Shown here: positions 1 to 11,987 of the stretch, one piece after another
Layout of the letters: every line of letters begins with the position of its first letter
Numbering within the stretch: position 1 is the stretch's first letter
Source: Octopus bimaculoides
Lineage: Eukaryota
Reading direction: 5' to 3'
Assembly: GCF_001194135.2 (NCBI RefSeq)
Contig: NC_068998.1
Location: 13,395,291 to 13,450,728, forward strand
Length of the DNA stretch: 55,438 nt
Translations under genes and position numbers: made by a program
Notes under the pieces: generated by a model
The model's input: only the letters and a program-made list of their open reading frames with translations
Databases searched by the model: none
What the model was told of the DNA's origin: nothing

Positions 1-224
1 TATATATATTTGTATGTATGTATGTAAACAGTTGCATACAGAAGTGCTGAATGCTTAAAGTGGATAGAACTTGTGGAAGAAGGAGACCCAGGAAGATTTG
101 GGATGAAGTATTGAAGGCAAATCTCAAGACATTGAGCTCTACGAAGGCAAAGAAGATGACAAAGAACCAAGATATCTGGCACCCTTGATGAACACAAAAA
201 GACCTATCCACCACAGCAGAATTG

Positions 225-855
225 ATGCCGGTGCTGGTGCCGCATAAAGAACACTGGTGCTGGTGCCAAGTTAAAAGCACCAGTGCTGGTGCCACATAAA
301 ACTGAATGGAATTGTTGGCATTAGGAAGGGTATCCAGTCATAGACAATTGTTGTTGGCACTCCGTTGCTTACGACGTCGAGGGTTCCAGTTGATCCGATC
401 AACGGAACAGCCTGCTCGTGAAATTAACATGCAAGTGGATGAACACTCCACAGACACGTTTACCCTTAACGTAGTTCTCGGAGAAATTCAGCGTGACACA
501 GTGTGACAAGGCTGACCCTTTGAATTACAGGCACAACAGAAACAGGAAGTAAGAGTGAGAGACAGTTGTGGTGAAAGAGTACAGCAGGGTTCACCACTAT
601 CCCCTGCCAGAGCCTTGTGGAGCTTTAGGTGCTTTCGCTCAATAAACACTCACAACGCCCAGTCTGGGAATCGAAACCGTGATCCTATGATCGCGAGTCC
701 GCTGCCCTAACCACTGGGCCATTGCGCCTCCACCCAGTCATAGAAACTACACTAGAACAGACAAAGGAGCCTGATGCAGCCCCTGGCCATGTTAGTTTCA
801 GCCAAACTGTCCAATTCCTGCCAGCACAGAATACAGATGTTCAAAACTACGATGA
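225..855 (+). mobile_element. Family C SINE-like element split by a family A insertion (225-344 and 734-855)
   Basis: ggcattaggaagggtatccagtcataga resumes after the insertion as ccagtcatagaaactac and ends in (GAT)n. Confidence 0.8.
345..733 (-). mobile_element. Family A tRNA-derived SINE, full length
   Basis: Minus-strand head GTGGAGGCGCAATGGCCCAGTGG...GGTTTCGATTCC (A/B boxes, tRNA-Arg-like); (CAA)n tail; 11-bp TSD ccagtcataga at 334-344 and 734-744. Confidence 0.9.
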
Positions 856-1185
856 TGATCCTGATTATGGTCATGATGATGTATGGTCGTATTTAGCATG
901 TTCAAATGCACTCAAATGTGAGTGCATTTCTCTTAGGAGAAAATTCTCCACCTTGTTGTTTAAAAACACAGGTTGGGCTATGAATGATGGCATTGGGTTG
1001 AGTATGTGTGTATGTGTGTGCGTGTGTGATGGAAAATATTTCTCAAGCAAAATTAAGGGAATGATTTCATGAAAACTTGTCTGCTATTTCTAATAGCTCA
1101 GTTGACTATGCTGAGGCTGGGCTGTTTGTGGTAAGTGCAGGAAATGATAATGGAAATAGTTGACTAATCGAAGAGAAAGAGAAAG

Positions 1186-1187
<2 letters not shown>

Positions 1188-1235
<48 letters not shown>
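1188..1235. repeat. (GA)n microsatellite
   Basis: Direct inspection. Confidence 0.95.
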
Positions 1236-1236
<1 letters not shown>

Positions 1237-1599
1237 TGTGGGCGAGACGAATGTAATTTTGGAAGATGTGAATCAATCTAGTTGAAAATTATATCTAGAG
1301 GCTAAACTGAAAGCTAAATGGCAGGTGTTGCTGTTACTGGTTTGAAACTAAAGACAACAGGATACATACTGTTACTGGCTTAGAATAACATATTGAAGAA
1401 GAATGGCAGAGAAAATACATGAACGAGTTACTGACTTGGAAGTAATTACTTCAGAATGGATGAAAGAGTTCAATACGTAAGTGGTTTGAGATTGACAACA
1501 AAGTTAACATCGTAGTCTTGTTGAACTGAAAGCAACAATTGAGAAATGATTAAGAGACTGTATATGGTAAACATATACAAATGAATTGATGCTGACAAA

Positions 1600-1830
1600 T
1601 GAATTAGTGCCGTATATATGGAGCTGATATGTGCTAGAAATAGCAGCCAAATTTCATCCAAATTACACCTTAGCCTGTTTTGGGGAAAGTAAGGACACAT
1701 TGGTATACTGGATATACATTATATATACATTCCATATATATGTAAAATGATGGGATGGGCATGGCTGCAATGCCCATCCCATCTTTGAACATAAAGCTAC
1801 TGAACTAAGGTTGACCAGAGGATAAATATT
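1600..1830 (+). mobile_element. Family G interspersed repeat (diverged)
   Basis: Core gctagaaatagcagccaaat...caaattacacc shared with 12815-13035, ~28190, ~34930, ~41300 and ~51960 (minus). Confidence 0.65.
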
Positions 1831-2090
1831 CATAACAATAATAATGACATCAGTAACATCTTCTATCTGTAAAGGTATTAAAGGTATTTTACCTGATCCT
1901 CTAAGCTGTTTTTAGTTATTCTTCTGCATTCAAGATTTCCTTCATTTCTAAAATACTACTCCTCTTATAATTTTGAAGGGATTGAGAATGACACTGACTT
2001 TGATGTTGAGTGATTGATCATCTCTGTCACTGATTCAAAATTCAGTACAACAGTTATTACATTCTAAGCAACAACATAACATCATTTCCA

Positions 2091-2377
2091 ATTCCACATG
2101 CAGGGCAAAAATCCCAAACATTAGGTTCTACAGCATTCTCGACAATAACTAAACTCCTTTGAATCTAGTACTCATAACTTTCTCCATTTATCTAAACTCA
2201 TTGTTAATAGTTTCTTCTTCTCTGGTGAGTTCTGTTAAAAAATTACCAAGGTGGCCATGGGAACAAAGATAGGTCCCACTTGTGCCAATCTTCTCGTGAC
2301 CATTTACTGAGGCTTAGAACTTTACTCAGATCTCCAGGTCTACCGTTGAATTCTATGGTCGATTTGTAAATAAATTT
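2091..2377 (+). pseudogene. Penelope-like element reverse transcriptase fragment, decayed
   Basis: IPH... LIVNSFFFSGEFC*KITKVAMGTKIGPTCANLLV ... EFYGRFVNKF resembles the recalled PLE RT pattern F-G-Y-Q-GVAMGTKMGPSYANLF...YGRYIDD; stops and frameshifts. Confidence 0.8.
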
Positions 2378-4178
2378 TGTGTGGATTTGTCATGTAAGAG
2401 ATGGTGAAAACAGTAACTGGCCAAAATACTGATGATGATGATGATAATAACAGTGATGACTATGATGATGATAATGATGATGATGATGATAGCAATGCTG
2501 TTGCTGTGACGAGAAGATCTTCTTATACTAATAATCAGTTAATCACGTTCCTGTTTTCTCTTATAAATAAATAAAAAAAAAACAAGTGATGCATAAAGAA
2601 AATGTATGAAGCTACAAGTAGCATCTTCTCCACATCTGATTTTTTTTGCCTGTTTTTGTTGTTGTAATTCAGAGTTTTAAGATCAGCTTAGAAATCTCAA
2701 GGAATATAATAAGCATCTAAACTATTTCTAAACTTAGACAGGTTGTTTAACATTAAAAACAATCAATCTTTTTCATTTGTGTCTTTATTGAATGTCTAAG
2801 TGTCTCGGAAGAAAATGACAAAAACAAAAAGAAAGAAAGAAAGGAAGAAAGAAGCACAAAAAAGTTCCAGACTGATTAATGCTGGAATTGACATTTTCAA
2901 AGTCCTGTGTTTATAAGGCACATACATGCTGAAATATTACCTTACTTCTAACATGTCCTTTAGTAAGAACATTGACATTCAGCTAGGTCGATCTTTGTGA
3001 AAATCTGTTTTTCAATGATCTTGTAGTGTGTTATGCTAAAAATAATTCTGACACCAAAACAATTTCTTCTCTACCACTTAGAACCAATACAAAATGGAAT
3101 CATGTTTTGTTTTCAGTTTTCACCTGAAGTTATTCTGCTTTACTTAGGCAGATAATCTTGGGAAAATGCAGACCTTCCTCAATATCCTGTTTCCACCCAC
3201 TTATGGTTTTGTTCTTAATTGTTAAACATCAATTATTTTGTCAATTGAGTATTTTGATGGAAACTTATAATAAATTTATGGTTTCTGATCTTAATGCTGC
3301 ATTTGACAAGTTAATATAATTACAAGAATAAGGAAATGATTATAGTGACCCAATAATTGAAAATGTAAAATAAAATATATTTATTCAATTCAAAATTTAT
3401 TAAATCAAAAAAATTAATAAAATTAGATGAAATTACCCTATGTTTTAAATGTTTCAATTTACAAAATTTAAGCAAGAAAATCATTATATAATGCCCAATT
3501 TTCACAATTAGATGGCTAAGTCCTTTTGGCAGTGGCTTGTAATATTTTAAACTTTGTGATGCACTAAAAGATCAAACCACAAGTTGTTGCTTCATTTTGA
3601 ATGGAAAGTTAAAATTGCTTGTGTGTTAGCAAAGAAATGTTTAAAAAAATTGTTTCAACGTTTTACATTTAGGAAAAAAAACTAGAAAACTAGTTTATTC
3701 TGTTTTATTCATCTTTTTGTGAATAATAAAATTGTGAGTAACATGTTTTTTCATGATGATGAAGCATTAGTGAGAATTCTCTAGACTCGAGTTATATTTA
3801 TAAAAATCTGTAGTGCACCTGGGTACCTCTGGCAATGCACTAATGCATTACGGTGTATCTGTGTGCTGTGGTACACCATTAGAATATCACTGCCCAATAA
3901 ATTTCCTTTCTCTGTTTCAGGGTAAAAGTCTGGTATCTTAGGAAACAGATAATTTCCTGTTTTGGCAATAATTAGCCCCCAGAAAGTGTCTGATAAGTTC
4001 AGTTAGCATGAAGAGCGTAGAATCTTTTGTTTTTCGGGCTTTGTCCTTTCTTTTAAGATTGAAAAAGTGGTTTTGCTGTTTGGGCTGTTAGCAAGTAAAG
4101 AGTATTTTGTTTTTTCATGAAGAGGCTTATAGCCAAACCCTTGTTATAATTATGTATATAATTATTATAATATATATA

Positions 4179-4252
<74 letters not shown>

Positions 4253-4258
<6 letters not shown>

Positions 4259-4416
4259 ATGGGCTTACATACGGTTTCCATCTACCAAATCCTCTCAAGA
4301 AACATTGGTTGACCTAGGCTATAGTAGGAGACGCTTGCCCAACATTTTACACAGTGAGACTGAACTTGAAACCATGTGCTTACAAAGCAAAGCTTCTTTA
4401 CCGCACGGCCATGCTC
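4253..4416 (-). mobile_element. Family B SINE 5' half, diverged
   Basis: tttccatctaccaaatcc...ggctatagtaggagacgcttgccc aligns to B. Confidence 0.75.
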
Positions 4417-4639
4417 AATTCTTCTTGTTCATATATTTCAATATTTTAGCATGAGTTCTCTAGTTGGAAGCCCTTCCTGTCACCAACCATTTTGCAAAAT
4501 GTTCTACAGAAGTTGTTCCATGTGATGAAACTCAAGACTGTCCTCTACCCAAAATCAATTCTGACTCAGGGTCACTATCCTCTTCAATGAGTTACTTGCA
4601 ACATAGAGTGTAGAGTTCACATTTCATTCGTGCTGCATT

Positions 4640-4772
4640 TCTCTAGTGGCGCTGGTGGTGGTGGTCGTCGTCATCATTGTCATTGCTATCACCGTTGTTG
4701 TCGTCATCATTGTGGTGGTGGTGGTCATGGAGGTTTAGGCGGTGGTGTTGGTAGTGGTGATGGTGGTGCTGA

Positions 4773-4814
<42 letters not shown>

Positions 4815-5025
4815 ATGTTTTATAATAGTAATAGTAGTAGCAGCAGTAGTAGCATTAGTAGTTTGTCGTATAGTAGCAGTACAGGTGATTATAGCAGCAG
4901 TAGTAGATGATTTGTAGTAGTAGTGGTGGTGGTGGTGGTGGTGGCGGTAATGGTGATAGTGGTGGTGTTAGTAGTAGTGGTGGTGGTACCCCTATCAGTG
5001 GTGGTGGTGGTAGTAGTAGTAGTGT

Positions 5026-5056
<31 letters not shown>

Positions 5057-5070
5057 TGTAGCAGTAGTAG
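4640..5070. repeat. (GGT)n/(AGT)n/(AGC)n compound low-complexity tract
   Basis: Direct inspection; source of spurious Gly/Ser/Val ORFs. Confidence 0.9.
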
Positions 5071-6347
5071 TATGCTGTCTTGCAGTAAGTACAAGACATT
5101 GGTGACATTGGCAGCAGTAGTATTGTTAACTAAATTGACATGGATGTGATGTGGTGGTGTTTAGGAAGTAGTGCAGGAATATTGTAAATGTCTAATTAAA
5201 TTAATAATTGTTCTATTTGACTGAATTCCTCGTAAATGAGAATCATAACCAAAGGAAAATTAGTCTCAAGAGATTTGAAATAACACCTGATTAATACAGT
5301 GTTGCTCATAAAAAATTCCCACCCCCACTCCCATATATGTCCCTTTCTATCCTTTCCCTCCTCCTACCTCACCTCGAAGGACATCACATGACCAACACCT
5401 CACACGCTTTCTATTATTTCTTGTATGACAGTTTATTCCTTTGAGGCTCTGTTTGACTTTGTCGCTTCATAAAAAAAACCAAAAAAAAAACCCCTCCCCC
5501 CTATTGGACTTGATAAAATCGTTGTTATTGTCATAGTCTTTGCTAAACATAAATGTAATGACCAATTTTATGACATATTTTATGACTTGGGATAACACCT
5601 TTAAAACGGAATTTTAACACTTTTCGAGCTCTGAAGTATGATTTTATCTCAGCAATAACAGAGGCAGTAGTAGTAGTGGTAGTGGTGGTGGTGATGGCAG
5701 CTGCTGGTGGTTGTCACCATCATCATCATCATCATCATTATTATTCAGTAGTCTTATGCTTTCACTGCACTACTAAGTGCAGCTCTGTGAACTTTGGGTA
5801 TGTGCTGTGGTTTGTTGTGGTCTTCTTATTTTCACAGTATTGAAAGTGCTTTATGTAGGATGTGTGCGGTGCCTAGTAGTGTTATATTCTCTATGTTATA
5901 CACATACGGGATGAAAGTGCTGAGCAGTGATGGATATTGTTGTATAGTGAAACTGTACACCCCACCTGGTAAAAAGTAGTAGTGGCCAGCCATTATAAAT
6001 ATTCCAACAGCCGGTTGACAGGAGATGGTTGAGGTCCAGAGTACGTGTAGACTGTGTTGATAGTCGTGTCTGTGCTGAGATAGTAATTATACTGTGATAC
6101 TGAATGGACATAATGACAATCCAACCTTTTGAGGATAATAACACTGTATGACTAGGGGTCATAGAGTGCCAGATAGAACCATTCTATCAACGACTTCGGA
6201 ATATAACAATATCTGTCAGAGCGACAACCAATGTTAAAAGACAAATACAACTGTGGCAAAAGACTGCTTTACAACAGATTGTTACCAGTTCAAATATGCT
6301 TGACGCATAAGAAAGCCATTCTCTGTGTTTTGTCACAGAAGAAACGT

Positions 6348-6880
6348 TTCACTGTAGACAGATAGGTGTAAATACACCAAGTCAGTTCACAGCCTTTCTT
6401 AACCAGACTGTTGGATGCATGTATTTCAGAGTTATTATCTCCTTCTCAGCAGCAGATACCAGAAAAACAGACTCTGAAAACTGACATGAGAGACAGGTCC
6501 CTCTTATGATATTCCCATCATCGTTCTATGAATAGGCAGCAGCTCACTATAAATAGAATACGGGGTGACAGCACTAAGTAGTGATGTGTATTAATACAAA
6601 CATATTATCAGTTTCTCACTGCAAATAGGTGTAAACACACCAAGACAGTTCATAGCCCTCCCTAACCAAACTGGGGATGCATGCGTTTTGGAGTGGTTAT
6701 CTCTTCTTCAGCAGCAGTCACCAGAAAGATAGACCTTGCAAAGTGACACGAGAGATAGATCCCTCTTATTATATTCCTGTCATCGTACAATGGCTGATTG
6801 TGCTAGTCAGCAGCTCACCTTAAATAAAAAAAATTTTAAAATAGGAACAAAAGTGCTGAGCAGTGATGTGTGTAAATACA
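6348..6880 (-). mobile_element. Two ~263-bp tandem direct repeats with decayed type I hammerhead motifs; Penelope-like pseudo-LTR
   Basis: Units from ~6348 and ~6615 align throughout; hammerhead-like cores at 6407-6456 and 6670-6718 (minus). Confidence 0.65.
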
Positions 6881-7202
6881 GACTTGTCACCAGTTCAAAT
6901 ATAATTGAGGCATATTTGAACCCGTAAGAAACCCATTCATAATATCTTAAGAGGGACCTTTCTCTCATGTCAGTTTGCAACATTCTATGATGATGATAAT
7001 GGTGATAAGAAAGAAGAATTACATTTTCAAAATCAAGGGCACCTTCCCCAATGCAGCATCTGCCATACCATAAAATATGGTAATTTTTTTTAATTGAACT
7101 GAACTACATTCAGTTTTGTGGGTGAACAAATTGAACTCTAGACAAAAGCTTTTGATTTGTTGCATAAAATGCAAATGTAAAATGAGTAATTAGAGAAAAA
7201 AA

Positions 7203-7740
7203 TTGCAAACAGTGAAATCAGTCCTGATAGTGAACATGAAATCGAATCAATTCTTCGTTCTTGCTTTATAACTTTATGCAAAAAAGGAATTCTTTGTTGA
7301 TTGTGATCTGCAGGATTGCCTGTAGTTTCAGACAATTCATAAATTTTGTCCTGATTAATGAAAGAAAATTGAATCGAGATTCACACACGTATGTCATTGC
7401 AAAAAGAACAAGGATGTAGTTTTTGGTCATTATCTCATATGAGATAAATCTATGAAAGTAGATTAATAAATTTCCAAGTGTGCTTTATAGAAATTCAGAT
7501 ATTTTATAGAATGAAAGTTATTTTTAAAAAGTTATATAATTTTAGTCTGGAAAATATAATTTGAGAGATATATTTAATGTATATTTGGGTACAGGGATGG
7601 GTGTGTAGTTCAAAACTTCCTTAACTAACCACACACAATTTCAGATTCAAACTGTCATATACTGTAGCCTCAGGCCAACAAAAGCCTTCTGAATGGATTT
7701 GGTAGACAGAAATGCAAGAAGGCTACCATGTATGTATGTA

Positions 7741-7777
<37 letters not shown>

Positions 7778-7787
7778 NNNNNNNNNN

Positions 7788-7825
<38 letters not shown>

Positions 7826-8026
7826 AAAAGAAAAAAAAAATGCAAACAGTAAAATTAGTCCCGATATTCTTTGTTTTTGCTTCATAACTTTATGCAAAAA
7901 AAGAATTCTTTGTTGATTGTGATCTGCAGGATTGCCGGTAGATTCAGACAATTCATAAATTTTGTCTTGATTAATGAAAGAAAATTGAATCGAGATTCAC
8001 ACATGTATGTCATTGCAAAAAGAACA
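7203..8026. repeat. ~200-bp local duplication (7203-7410 and 7841-8026)
   Basis: Long shared blocks, e.g. ttgttgattgtgatctgcaggattgcc and gattaatgaaagaaaattgaatcgagattcacac; ~22-bp indel. Confidence 0.9.
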
Positions 8027-8589
8027 CACACACATATATATATATAAGGATATGAGGGAGGGGTTTATTTCACTGGTCTGGTGATCTAAGTGAACAGATA
8101 TGCTGAGTAAGAGCTATAAGTGGTCATCCATTAGGTTCCAAGTTCACAGCTAAGGCTGGAGCTCGGGATCCATATTAGGCTTCTTTGTTAGCAGGTATAT
8201 ATTAGAGGGAAAGATAATCAAAAACCAAGGCAGGATGAGTATCTGAAATCAGTTATAATAATTTAATTAGAGTAAGGTTAATTTGAAGCCTTACAGCTGT
8301 TTCTGGGATATCCCAAATGATAGGCTAGCATGTCTGTACATTGGGTGTTCCATAATCAGAGACAAAGTGAGTATGTATGAAAGATCTAGACTGGGAAGTT
8401 TACAGTTTATAAGGAATAAAATAGAAGAATAAAGAGGAAAAGTAGATATAAAAATACAAAGAGGATGATAAAAGATCACAATTCATCATTTTCCTGTGGG
8501 TATGGTGGTTGGTCTGTACTTCTGTGAAGGTTTAATTAATTAAATATATATATTTATTTTCTCCCCATCCACTCATGAGATTCACTAGC

Positions 8590-8810
8590 TGGTTGTAAGC
8601 AATGACTTCACTGATACGTGGGTTGTTTGTTATTTGATAGACCGTGAGAGAGATTATCACACTGTCTGGAAACAAGTTGGAGGGTTGGCAACAGGAAGGG
8701 CATCCAGGCAAAGAAAACTTAGTTCTAACACTCTTGTCTGACCCACGCAAATATAGAAATTCATTAGTTAAAACAATGACGATGACGACAAGAACGACAA
8801 TGATAATGAT
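8590..8810 (+). mobile_element. SINE tail related to family C
   Basis: ggcaacaggaagggcatcc...tctgacccacgc...gttaaaacaatgacgatg; a similar tail occurs on the minus strand at 49300-49515. Confidence 0.6.
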
Positions 8811-9214
8811 ATGCATTTCCTTTCTGTCACGCCCACTGAAGTTAGGAAACACAAGCATAGAGGCTTCCTCATTGGCTCAGTTGTGTTATTGTTATTAAAG
8901 GCAGTGGTGGTGGTTGTAGTGGTGGTGGTGGTGGTATGGACATTGTCCACATTGCCATCGGAGTGTTGGTGGTGGCGGTGATATTTTTTGTCATATAGCA
9001 AATCAGCAGAATCCTGTGAAAGCCGAGAGATGTGTTCTAAGTCGGCGAAAAGTTATAGAAATACTTCAGACGGTGGAAATAAATTTTACGCTGTGAGGGA
9101 CGAAACTTACTCCCTTGTTTCTAACTGCTTCTATTACATTATACAATGGTTTCTATCACTCGTATTGCATCATACCGTCAGGCATAACAGTAGTTATGTT
9201 GTTTTAATTATTTG

Positions 9215-9780
9215 TATTTTTAGTGGTGGTAGTATTGGTAGTGGTGGCGGTGGTAGTGGTGCTGGTGGTGGTGGTAGATTTGTTTTGTGTTGCTAGAGGT
9301 AGGTACATTATTATTGCTGGTATCACTGTTGTTGTTGGTAGTGGTGGTGGTGGTAATGGTGGTGGTGCAGGTGGTGGTGGTGGTGCAGGTGGTGGTGCTG
9401 GTGGTAGATTTGTTTCCTGTTGCTAGAGGTAGGTACATTATTATTGCTGGTGTTATTGTTGTTGTTGGTGGTGGTGGTGGTGACAGTGAAGTTGTTTGTA
9501 TTGCTGGTAGTAAGGGCATTACCATTGTCATTATAATTGTTGGTGGTGGTGGTGGTAGCTGGTGGTGGTGGTGGTAGCTGGTGGTGGTGGTGGNNNNNNN
9601 NNNNNNNNNNNNNNNNNNNNNNNNNNNNNNNNNNNNNNNNNNNNNNNNNNNNNNNNNNNNNNNNNNNNNNNNNNNNNNNNNNNNNTAGGTACATTATTAT
9701 TGCTGGTGTTATTGTTGTTGTTGGTGGTGGTGGTGGTGGTGGTTGTGGTATTGGTGTTGCTCAGTGGTTGCAGTGGTAGT
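9215..9780. repeat. Composite tandem repeat: ~62-bp core separated by (GGT)n, at least 3 copies
   Basis: tagatttgtt..tgttgctagaggtaggtacattattattgctgg at 9275 and 9405, and partially at 9686 after a gap. Confidence 0.85.
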
Positions 9781-9869
9781 GATGTGTGATGGTAACAGTA
9801 GTAGTGGGACCTGGGGGTGGAGCTGATGGGGGAGTTAGTTGTTTGTGTTGTTCATACTGGAGGATTGCC

Positions 9870-10312
9870 ATGGATACAGTTGGTAATGATGATGATGATG
9901 AGGAGGAGGAGAAAGAGGCTGATAGAGTTGATAATGGTGATGATGATGATGGTGTTGGTGATGATGATGACGATGATGATGATAATGGTAATAATAATGA
10001 TGGTGTTGGTGATGATGATGGTGGTGGTGGTGGTGGTTATGGTGGTATTGATGGTGATGGTATCCACAGATTTGTTTGCGTTGCTCAAAATGGAGGAATA
10101 TACCATTGCTATTTTTGGTGGAGGTGACTGGGGGTGGGGGAAAGGAAGATTCCATCGTTGGTGATGATGATGATGATGATGATTATGATGATGATGATTA
10201 TGATGATGATGATTATGATGATGTTGTTGGTGGTCACGGTTGGAGATGTTCTTGTTGCTGCTAGTACGGGAAATTACCGACGGTGATGGAATTAGGAACA
10301 AATACACGCACG

Positions 10313-10360
<48 letters not shown>

Positions 10361-10870
10361 TATATACAAATGCACACACTCCCAAATGTATAGAAATAGT
10401 CTACATGAACATATTCTCTCAGTATATATACACACACACACAAATACATTAAAACACATAATAATAAATGTATGCAAACATACATGTAAGGTGTATATAC
10501 AAACACACTGAAGTATACATACAAATGTACATGAATACACGCATAAATGTATACACACACTTGCAAATGTACAAACACGTAAACACAAATGCATACAAAT
10601 ACACACAAGTGTATATAAGCATGCTAACAAATGTATGTAAACACACACACACATACATACTTGCAAATGTACACACACATCCGCGCATGCACATACACAC
10701 TTGCAAATGTGCACACACACACACACACACGCACACACAAGCATGCACATACACACTCACAAATGTATATACACATACACACAACTGCATAGAAACACAG
10801 GTAAATGCATATAAGTACATACATGTGAACACACACACACACACACACACACACACATTTGCATGCAAAT
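9870..10870. repeat. (GAT)n/(GGT)n tract followed by a CA-rich degenerate satellite containing acttgcaaatgt
   Basis: Direct inspection. Confidence 0.85.
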
Positions 10871-11212
10871 TTATACAAGTTTTCAGACACAGACAATAGT
10901 ATGACTGCTGAAATGTGTCCCAGGTGGGTAAGAAAGCTAACTGCGTTCCTGAGGCTAGTGTCTGTTAATGTCCAAGCGAGACGGACGACGGAATAAAATT
11001 GGTTCATTACTGGACAAGTGATAATTCTTTGAGAATGGGGAGGTGGAAAGGTGAGGAAGGGAGGGGGGTGCTGTGCATTTACATGTGTGTACGTACACCT
11101 GATACATATATATATATATATATATATATGCATATATGTATATATGTCTACATATATATGTTTATACGCACATATATGTACACACATACAACCACACATA
11201 AACATATATACA

Positions 11213-11247
<35 letters not shown>

Positions 11248-11371
11248 TCAGCAAAAATGTAAGACAAGTCTTTTTGTGACTGGTTTGTCCTTTATAGTTG
11301 CTGCTCTAGCTGTGCAAACCATACATAGTCACGAAATGACTTGTGTTTTATATATATATATATATATGTAT

Positions 11372-11742
11372 ATAGGCGTGGGAGTGGCTGTGTGGTAAGT
11401 AGCTTGCTTACCAACCACATGGATCTGGGTTCAGTCCCACTGCGTGGTACCTTGGGCAAGTGTCTTCTACTATAGCCTCGGGCCGACCAAAGTCTTGTGA
11501 GTGGATTTGGTAGACGGAAACTGAAAGAAGCCCGTTGTATATATGTATGTGTTTGTATATGTTTGTGTGTCTGTGTTTGTCCCCCNNNNNNNNNNCCGTA
11601 ACTTAGCGGTTCGGCAAAAGAGACCGATAAAATAAGTACTAGGCTTTCAAAGAATAAGTCCTGGGGTCGATTTGCTTGACTAAAAGGGGGTGCTCCAGCA
11701 TGGCCGCAGTCAAATGACTGAAACAAGTAAAAGAGTAAAAGA
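11372..11742 (+). mobile_element. Family B tRNA-derived SINE, near full length
   Basis: Head ataggcgtgggagtggctgtgtggtaag...gggttcagtccc, CORE-like ccttgggcaagtgtc, internal (TA/TG)n, tail aagtaaaagagtaaaaga. Confidence 0.9.
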
Positions 11743-11754
11743 AAGAATAAAGAG

Positions 11755-11801
<47 letters not shown>

Positions 11802-11987
11802 GACATATATATAAAGAGGAATGACCACCAGATGGATTCCTAATATACTAGAAGAAGACCCTAAATGGTCTAACCATGATGAAAATTGTTTCCAAGAAAA
11901 TTTCGGCAAACACCAGAATGTAAAGCAAGCAAGACAAAAGAAAAGATGCAAATTTGGTGATAAGCCACATACCATGGTTTCATTGTT

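Noticed and set aside
1749-1790. Rho-independent terminator
   Set aside because: Eukaryotic non-coding context; the hairpin is better explained by template switching
2940-3260. Minus-strand protein-like pieces (ITHYKIIEKQ..., NKTISGWKQDIEEG...)
   Set aside because: Broken by stops and frameshifts, with no recognisable family or coherent splice pattern
3900-3935. Strong acceptor tttcctttctctgtttcag and possible microexon
   Set aside because: No convincing donor or frame downstream; adjacent to an hAT-like MITE end
4630-11400. Gly/Ser/His/Thr/Val-rich, mucin-like and HTHT/CVCV ORFs
   Set aside because: Translations of tri- and dinucleotide microsatellites, open in several frames on both strands
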